From: a virus
IMG/VR virus record: IMGVR_UViG_3300045988_111421
Length of the DNA stretch: 64,000 bases
Reading direction: 5' to 3' (one strand)
The notes under the pieces were generated by a model, which was given only the letters and a program-made list of their open reading frames with translations, made no database searches and was not told the origin of the DNA. The translations under genes and the position numbers were made by a program. Below are positions 58,101-64,000 of this stretch, in pieces (the stretch's first letter is position 1; each line of letters opens with the position of its first letter).

Positions 58101-61100
58101 GCCGTTTCTCCACCTATGTTAAGAGAATACCTTTTAGTACCATTAGCGTTCGTTTCAGAGCTTATTTGAATAGGAACCAATGATTTTATAGAAGATATAA
58201 ATTTATCGGCCCTAAGACCCGCAATTTCATACCTTTCGTTGCCATCGTTGGATATTCTTCTAACCATCAACGTCTCTGGATTTTGGGCACTATCTATGTT
58301 AGCTCCAGGCGTATTATCGGATTCATCTAACTCATTTACAAGAGAATCTATATTGGTATCATCCTCCCCAAAATTACTTAACGTAGATTCGGAAATACGA
58401 CCTTTATCAATAATCCTGTTTTGTTCGATATAAGGAAGGAGATCTGTGATGTTTCCAACCTGGCCAAGATCTTCTATGGTAAATACAGAATCGGCAAGCT
58501 TATCTTCGTCAACCTTCTCCCCTTTATCCCGTCTGTTCATTATATCAACATACGAAGAAATAGCATCATCAAGTTCCTTCCTTTGATCTGGTTCCAAATT
58601 GGATTTAGCCATATCAATAATAGCTTTATTATCCTCATACACAGATCGATGTTCAGTAAGTCTCCTAACTTTATCTGATAAATCTTTTATCATCTTAGCC
58701 GGACTATCACCAAGATTTGATATATAATCATCAATATCCTGTTTATACTTTTCATATATCTCCTTCTCCCTTGGAGATAAAAGATCTTGATTACCTGTAT
58801 ATATCTTATCTACGATACGTTTTTTAACCTCTATAGGTGCAGACAAAAGATCTTCCATTGCCGACTCATAATCAAAATCAGACAATATATCTTCTTTCGG
58901 CTTCTGAGTTATACCATCGTTTAGATGACCAAATACTTTCATGGTAAATGCTTCATCTGAATTTATTTCTCCATTATTCAGAAGCTCATCTATTTTTTCA
59001 TCCAAACTGATATTATTACCCTCTGTCTGGTAAAAACGATCACTTTCTATAGATTTAGTATTAGAAGATACCATATCATTTAAGAACTTAGAAAATAAAG
59101 AAAAATCATGTCTCATGAATTTCTTATCCTGTATGGAGTTCATAAATGACCGTAAAACCTTATATTGGGTAATGGCTTTCTGGTATTTCACCACCATATT
59201 TCTTAAATCCTCTGCTTCTTTCTTCCCTTTATTATTCTCAATATAAGTACTTAAAGAAGCTACAGAGTCATAAGCTTTCAATATATCTTCAGCAGTTATT
59301 GTTTCGGATTTAAACAACTCAAGAGCTAATACTCCAGGATCAAAAGAATAAAATACTTCTTTATAACTACTAAGAAGATCTTCTGACAACCTTCTATATT
59401 CCTTATTAAGATTATCGTATTTAATAGTTTTTTGTTTTATAGCCTCTGCTTCGGTATCATTGCCATCCTCTACTCTTCTCGGAGTTGTAGCCAACCTCTC
59501 TATTTCAGCATTCAGATCATTGATCTCATTACGCAATTCCCTTAACTGATTAACTGTATCAAAAGCTTGACTTGATAATGAATAAAACGTATTTATATCA
59601 TCAAACAAATTATTGTCATTTACATAATCAGCAATATCATTTGATGCTTCCATTGCTATATCTTCTGCATCCAACCCCTTAAACACAGCATTAGCAACAT
59701 TAGATCGATAAAGATCAGATGAAGTCTCAGCAGTAATAGCCTCAGCAAAAGAAGAAGCTTTTTTATAATTGGCTAACTTCTTATCAAAATCTTTTATAAT
59801 ATCTTCCTTGTATTTTTTAACAGTTTCTTCATCTACTTTCATTTCAGAAGCCAACTCATTTTCGTCAAGGCTTTTAACCATTGACCTGAAATTGTTAGCC
59901 GTATCCTCTAACATTCCCATTCTGTCAGATAATTCAAATTTAGAATAATAATCTGATTCAGGATCATTCATTTGAGCATTAAATTCGGCTAAATTTCGCA
60001 TAGAGTCTTTTACGGATTGAGAAGTAAAAGCATTATTACTATTAAATTTCTCAACATCAGTATTAATAGTACGCTCTTTATTTCTCCTTTCATATAAACC
60101 AAAAGCACCATTTCTGGCTCCAAATAAACCACCAATCAGGGCTCCTATGCCAATCTCTTTCAATCCTTCTTTGGTTGTAAATTGTTCAGCTATGGCCTTA
60201 GAAAAAGAATCAACTATAGAAGACGTAGCATCAAGATACGTCTTATCATATCTTGATCTAATAAAATCTTCTCCCATGCGCTGAGCAACACCTTGCATGC
60301 CTTCCTCCCATACACCTTCAGATATGGGTCTTTTAGATACATTCCAAATAGTAGCTAAGGATTTCTGGAATAAATTTGCTTTTACCGTCTGTAATCTTCC
60401 AGCATCACCCGCTACCTTCTTAGTCCCTAATCCAAACAAATAGCGATCTACAAAACTCTTTGATCCCCTATATGTGTTTGATACACCCTTTAATCCAGGT
60501 ATGTATTTAGAAGCAAAACCAGTGTCTACTCCAAGATATTTTCCCAGAAGAAGATAATTGGATAATCCAACTATACCCATATTAGCTAAAAATATGCTGT
60601 TTGCCGTATCGGAAATAGAACTCTTAAATTCAGCCATCTCAGACTGATTAGGATTCCGACCATACATATTTTTAAAATATTCCTTGTATTTACTTTCAGA
60701 GTCTTTCATAAAGGACTGAGCCTCCACGGCAGACTCCCAGCCGGCGCCCACAAACGTATTTACTCCTACCTTGGCCATATTGCCTATGGCCCTGCCGTAC
60801 ATCGCTCCTGCCCTATACGCTCCAAAAGCAGATTTTACAGCACTTGCCGCAATCTTAGACGCCGCCATCTTTCCGGCCACCCTCATCCCTACTTTAGCAC
60901 CAACAGCTCCAAGACTTGACACACCCATCCCACCTGTAAAGTAGACAGACAAAATAGCTCCTGCCGTAAACGATAGACCATTTCCAATAACATCATTAAA
61001 AATAAAATTTGCAGTTCCAAGACTCTGCAAAAATCCCATATCACGTTCTTCTCTTGTATAATAATGAGGAAGAGAGTGGTTTATTCTTTCATCTATATCA

Positions 61101-61834
61101 TTTATGGTTCGTGTAAAATCATTGTCAAATGCAGAAGATAACGTACCAGTCTTTATAAGATTATACGCAGCCGGGATAATACCTACTACTCCTGATACAC
61201 CATATAATGCTGTTTTTGTGACAAGCTTCCCTATGCCATTAACAGCCTTATTCCAAGTAGTTTGACTTCTTCCGTAATAATCTTCATTATCCCTTCCTGG
61301 CATATAACTTTTAAACTTTGCAAGACCGATGTTCCCATCGGATAAAAAGTCATATGCTTCATCTAACTTAATAGTTCTTCCTTTACCAAATACACCAAAA
61401 TCAGCAGCAGATGACTGTTGATTACCAGCTATAACCTCACCATAAGACGTTTGTTTACCAGAATAAGTATTCCTTGATTTATCTTGAATAGATTTTATCA
61501 TGGAATTTAACTTATTATAAGACTCCTCTTTCTTCTTTCTTGGATCATCTCCACCATTCAGAGCCGATTTTAGTCCAGAAAAAGATGTGTCTACATCAAA
61601 AGAAGTATCTATTCCGCTAATATCATATCCTTTTTCTGAATCATCATCAGGATTTATGGCTGATACCGGGGGAGTATATGAACCTACTTTCATCCTCTCC
61701 ATCTCTCTTTTTGCTCCCTCAATAAGAGAAGATTCTTCTTCATATCGCGTAGGAACTCCGGCATTATACCCTCTCAATCCAGTAGATGGTAAGAAACCTG
61801 ATTTCTCTACCAATGTCTGTTCCTTATTTTCCAT
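55118..61834 (-). CDS. Giant hypothetical virion-associated protein (2238 aa). Its N-terminal third has Gly/Ala-rich hydrophobic (glycine-zipper-like) segments.
   Basis: Uninterrupted 6.7-kb ORF. Segments such as TAGAILSVYFTGGMGVSSLGAVGAKVGMRVAGKMAASKIAASAV. Confidence 0.8.
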   Translation of the reverse strand: MENKEQTLVEKSGFLPSTGLRGYNAGVPTRYEEESSLIEGAKREMERMKVGSYTPPVSAINPDDDSEKGYDISGIDTSFDVDTSFSGLKSALNGGDDPRKKKEESYNKLNSMIKSIQDKSRNTYSGKQTSYGEVIAGNQQSSAADFGVFGKGRTIKLDEAYDFLSDGNIGLAKFKSYMPGRDNEDYYGRSQTTWNKAVNGIGKLVTKTALYGVSGVVGIIPAAYNLIKTGTLSSAFDNDFTRTINDIDERINHSLPHYYTREERDMGFLQSLGTANFIFNDVIGNGLSFTAGAILSVYFTGGMGVSSLGAVGAKVGMRVAGKMAASKIAASAVKSAFGAYRAGAMYGRAIGNMAKVGVNTFVGAGWESAVEAQSFMKDSESKYKEYFKNMYGRNPNQSEMAEFKSSISDTANSIFLANMGIVGLSNYLLLGKYLGVDTGFASKYIPGLKGVSNTYRGSKSFVDRYLFGLGTKKVAGDAGRLQTVKANLFQKSLATIWNVSKRPISEGVWEEGMQGVAQRMGEDFIRSRYDKTYLDATSSIVDSFSKAIAEQFTTKEGLKEIGIGALIGGLFGARNGAFGLYERRNKERTINTDVEKFNSNNAFTSQSVKDSMRNLAEFNAQMNDPESDYYSKFELSDRMGMLEDTANNFRSMVKSLDENELASEMKVDEETVKKYKEDIIKDFDKKLANYKKASSFAEAITAETSSDLYRSNVANAVFKGLDAEDIAMEASNDIADYVNDNNLFDDINTFYSLSSQAFDTVNQLRELRNEINDLNAEIERLATTPRRVEDGNDTEAEAIKQKTIKYDNLNKEYRRLSEDLLSSYKEVFYSFDPGVLALELFKSETITAEDILKAYDSVASLSTYIENNKGKKEAEDLRNMVVKYQKAITQYKVLRSFMNSIQDKKFMRHDFSLFSKFLNDMVSSNTKSIESDRFYQTEGNNISLDEKIDELLNNGEINSDEAFTMKVFGHLNDGITQKPKEDILSDFDYESAMEDLLSAPIEVKKRIVDKIYTGNQDLLSPREKEIYEKYKQDIDDYISNLGDSPAKMIKDLSDKVRRLTEHRSVYEDNKAIIDMAKSNLEPDQRKELDDAISSYVDIMNRRDKGEKVDEDKLADSVFTIEDLGQVGNITDLLPYIEQNRIIDKGRISESTLSNFGEDDTNIDSLVNELDESDNTPGANIDSAQNPETLMVRRISNDGNERYEIAGLRADKFISSIKSLVPIQISSETNANGTKRYSLNIGGETATIIELPYHARWSIDKESARVLNRYTDVSIQDVGNSYSLVYKRLDSDELVPYRTGVGFGENEVDKIDQEALSSLKKGDKVNLEIDVNDTYNQSLFAEYNDAVQSGDKKRIESAENKLVSNMVIKVMSGNRFVSVVKADTGGIDGISKIRRTAFNKWKKDAGRSATIGVGTHVVAQTLPGRPVFNMKVSGQGYGQIENLPITEKGAEKVSDVGYVLNGKVVLKNGSKYTGFPFAYSILNDKGNNYKNVRVPVVVIKGKNGLNYLFPVSLRSVESEEGQKWMSFIDMLLESGDSELLQMGQDDIQDLNAYLTKLGLDPASYQVSYLNPISGLRKAREAIEELSTVPDVVKWVEDGSRSVKDIVTSEVESGIDFEGEMFVAPKIRIQFGKSSSRPKSLIEDDLPFSDEGKTVTSKEDVDVYEEEMPEEGAVRETQPAPLAQPTPAAQAARSLPGKKRTSRKNFSLMLNEIESHIEKEGLPSYANIFDFIARKIVGGDLRFLRERGNPKSLKEEMGLEPKGTVGDKISTPSSKGGKTLEEYVSWLRSQTDQVVVDYVGPRSDEQIISELKNFLKYINFVPSKALNYSLRVNGMDTLKKYGTKEEVEKMESDINSLVSKVLPTVDNKTVEDVSTAIKSNNLPAIWEPVESLDMTNEEKIEFLNNVADFLSGIPEYDAVVESIESESDNILNDGKEGSAEGGAVRTEEDGDKKGDGEGKGQSRTNVKVERNVELPGSEEGRVDNYRKNGDKFSDIAEVTLWLLRRAAGITSIPEGEEVYVEGDEVNSIMTDMESRYGIDTINHSHTTKAIRDLNGVSGYKVEYGLTFLTYDPFIRISNLRKGSKAAKDEPRISEESLTHISRVTTPYFLYGGDEAYTSVPAKVEPIPEKIMGRNGIKFGMSVVELTKLGYKKAGGNWIYKFYMNSGVYDLYNISTGEAFRAKPDLGVKISSSAFIRSLSQSGRKIQNMISNMSQEEIDRNKNLVEGSDNSDSINELNKEC

Positions 61835-61837
61835 ATA

Positions 61838-63964
61838 TTATTCCCTATTTACACTATTCAACAACTTCATCAACTTGCCGTTTTTATTCAAAGACGTAGG
61901 CAAATTACCTCCTTCTTTTGCTGCCACCATATCCTTAATCTCTTCTGTTATGGCTGCCACAACAAAATCAACTATTTTTTTCTGAGGCGCAACAGCAAGT
62001 TCTTTAGACACATTATCCGCAAACCATACATTAGGAGTATCAAACGAATCTATTAACTCAGGTTTACCATTCTCCATAAGATAAAGCCTTGTCTCATATC
62101 CATAACCGTAACTTGTCTTAGGATCATAACCTTCAACCTTTACACCAAGCTTTCCACTGTTATCCAATATATCTTTAGCTGCATTAAGAAGCCAAACCTT
62201 TTGTTCTGGCATATCATCTAAATTATTACCAGATTCATTTATCATATCCGATAACACTTTCATCATTGAAGATACAGAAGCATAAGCGGGTGATATATCT
62301 GAATTTTCAAGCATCTTCGGATACCACATATTGGTATCACTTCCAAATGTAGGTCTTATAATACCACTTTCATATCCACCTATATCGACGGAAGGAGTAT
62401 TAATACCAGGATCTATGCCATTATTTATCAACTCTGTTTCAGATACCTCAACAATATCTATTTCCTCTCTTTCACCAGTATGATTAGCAACCAAACTGTA
62501 AGTCTTCTCTCCATTGTCGGCTATTCCCGATTCTGTCAAAGAAAATGATTCAATAGTTGCCGATGATGATTTCGATTTACCAACAGGATGCTCTGCCATT
62601 TTCTTAGTAAATAGATCCCTGAGAACCCCCATCTCTCTATAACCAGCCTCCTTGGAGGTTAATTTGGTTGAATACGTTACTGTGTTAGGTGAATACAGTT
62701 CGAGATATTCTTTACGTATCTCATTTATACCATCATCTTGAACCTTAGTTATTTGATCAGCTATATTAATATCACTTACTGCATAGTTTCCAACACCCTC
62801 CATTCCACTAATAGAATACAGTGCATTAAAAAACACCTTTTCTTCACCATCCGAGAAACTATTTTTTACATCATCGTATTTTTTTAAGAAATACCTGCCA
62901 CTTTTGCTATCCCTCTCAAATACTTTAGATAAATCAATGCCATCATTTTTCACCCTCTTTCTTATAGTAGCTATATCAGCAGGCGAGAATCCTTTTTCAT
63001 AATATCTTACTCCAGATTCTACATCGCCGACTGTACCTCTATTTTTTCTTAAAATATCATTAAGGGATAACGCTGTAGCACGGGCTATATATTCTTCGGG
63101 TTTACCTCCTTCCTTCTGCGCGATCGCATTTGCTATTTCAGATACAATATTATCATAAATCTTATTCTCCTTCTTAATTCTATCATTCTCTATATCCATC
63201 TTGTCTACAGCGCTATTAAGCTGCATATAAGCATCTGTGGCAGCTTTTCTCTCTGCCATAGGTAGCTTATCAAACATATCATTAGAAAGACCTCCATTGT
63301 CCTTTATATACTTAAGAAGTTTTTCTTCATCCATAAGATACTTGTATCCTGATGTTTCATCCGTCATATTTCTTGATATGGCAGCTTGAATATTTTTCAT
63401 GTTTTCAGCACCAAGGGCCGTAGATAGTCTACTTCCGAATGTTACAAGATCTGTATATGCCTTATTAAACTTCTTATGAGTTTCTTCTGATATGCTAATA
63501 TTTTTAGTTTCGATAGGATTAGCTGAAATAGTTCCACCAGAGTTTGTGCCAACGCCCACCTGCATGGCTCGGCTTCCAGCTCTGCCGCCTGCCGCTCCTG
63601 CACCAGAGGACATAAGTTTTGCTATTCTGGCTTCATTAAGCCTATTCTGCATCTTCAGACGTTCTTCGTCTAATCCAAATCTGGCTTCATCCTTATTCTT
63701 ACCATATTCAAACTCTGCAATATCCCTATTTCTTTCATATTCAAATTCTATCTTCCATTTTTCGAAATTCAAATTAGCTAATCTTTCCCTCTGATTATAT
63801 TCTTTGGTTTTCCAGTAAAGCTCGTCGGCTTTGATTATGAAAGACGAATTATCATAAGCATATGAAGCAGCAGCATTATTAATAAAATTATTTTCAACAA
63901 CCTTCATCGCTCCAAGATACGGATCGTAAGTCCTTTCATCCATTCTGCTAAATTCAGATTTCAT
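61838..63964 (-). CDS. Hypothetical virion-associated protein (708 aa) with a Gly/Ala-rich segment.
   Basis: Long ORF 3 nt upstream of the giant gene. Another - strand gene continues beyond the window end. Confidence 0.7.
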   Translation of the reverse strand: MKSEFSRMDERTYDPYLGAMKVVENNFINNAAASYAYDNSSFIIKADELYWKTKEYNQRERLANLNFEKWKIEFEYERNRDIAEFEYGKNKDEARFGLDEERLKMQNRLNEARIAKLMSSGAGAAGGRAGSRAMQVGVGTNSGGTISANPIETKNISISEETHKKFNKAYTDLVTFGSRLSTALGAENMKNIQAAISRNMTDETSGYKYLMDEEKLLKYIKDNGGLSNDMFDKLPMAERKAATDAYMQLNSAVDKMDIENDRIKKENKIYDNIVSEIANAIAQKEGGKPEEYIARATALSLNDILRKNRGTVGDVESGVRYYEKGFSPADIATIRKRVKNDGIDLSKVFERDSKSGRYFLKKYDDVKNSFSDGEEKVFFNALYSISGMEGVGNYAVSDINIADQITKVQDDGINEIRKEYLELYSPNTVTYSTKLTSKEAGYREMGVLRDLFTKKMAEHPVGKSKSSSATIESFSLTESGIADNGEKTYSLVANHTGEREEIDIVEVSETELINNGIDPGINTPSVDIGGYESGIIRPTFGSDTNMWYPKMLENSDISPAYASVSSMMKVLSDMINESGNNLDDMPEQKVWLLNAAKDILDNSGKLGVKVEGYDPKTSYGYGYETRLYLMENGKPELIDSFDTPNVWFADNVSKELAVAPQKKIVDFVVAAITEEIKDMVAAKEGGNLPTSLNKNGKLMKLLNSVNRE

Positions 63965-64000
63965 GGAAGCTATTTCAGATTTGGCTCTCTTTATTTCATT

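Noticed and set aside
37919-61834. Virion-packaged multisubunit-like RNA polymerase in the giant ORFs.
   Set aside because: I found no DxDGD / NADFDGD-type catalytic motif by eye in either giant protein. Left as hypothetical virion proteins.

Overview
The window reads as a 64-kb slice of a large, AT-rich tailed dsDNA phage-like genome; host unknown (RBS usage is mixed, with some strong AGGAGG sites and many starts with none). It splits into two opposed transcription blocks. They converge at a perfect 16-bp inverted-repeat hairpin at 36300-36346.

The + strand block (1-36256) holds about 70 compact, mostly small genes, many with ATGA start/stop overlaps. It looks like an early/replication-type module. 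Recognisable products, in map order, include:
- a P-loop ABC/AAA_15-like ATPase
- a Zn-ribbon/TOPRIM-like primase candidate
- a DnaB-like helicase RecA-domain protein
- an acyl carrier protein, an NfeD-like protein and a flotillin (SPFH) protein in a row
- a Cas4/RecB-family PD-(D/E)XK nuclease with four C-terminal cysteines
- an SF2 helicase (DECH box)
- a frameshifted C5-cytosine DNA methyltransferase
- an IS200/IS605-type TnpB (RuvC-like) gene interrupted by one in-frame TGA

The window opens inside a 4x tandem ~51-bp repeat array. Each unit carries a GTTTTAAAAC palindrome. The early region also contains five intergenic hairpins with a conserved CTGTGARGATAG-type loop and two blocks that resemble tRNA T-arm plus acceptor sequence.

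The - strand block (36346-64000) looks late/virion-type. It has two giant ORFs (2137 and 2238 aa) and 758- and 708-aa proteins. There is a G10 homopolymer inside the 5' end of a putative fibre-like gene. One 288-aa protein has a C-terminal DUF2829/Tad2-like domain. There is also a run of unusual low-complexity proteins (RG/RE-rich; Gly/Asn/Gln/Cys-rich with a CCNNGC tail).

No rRNA, CRISPR array, integrase or reverse transcriptase was seen. No complete tRNA cloverleaf could be resolved by hand. All functional calls rest on motif recognition by eye and need HMM/BLAST confirmation.
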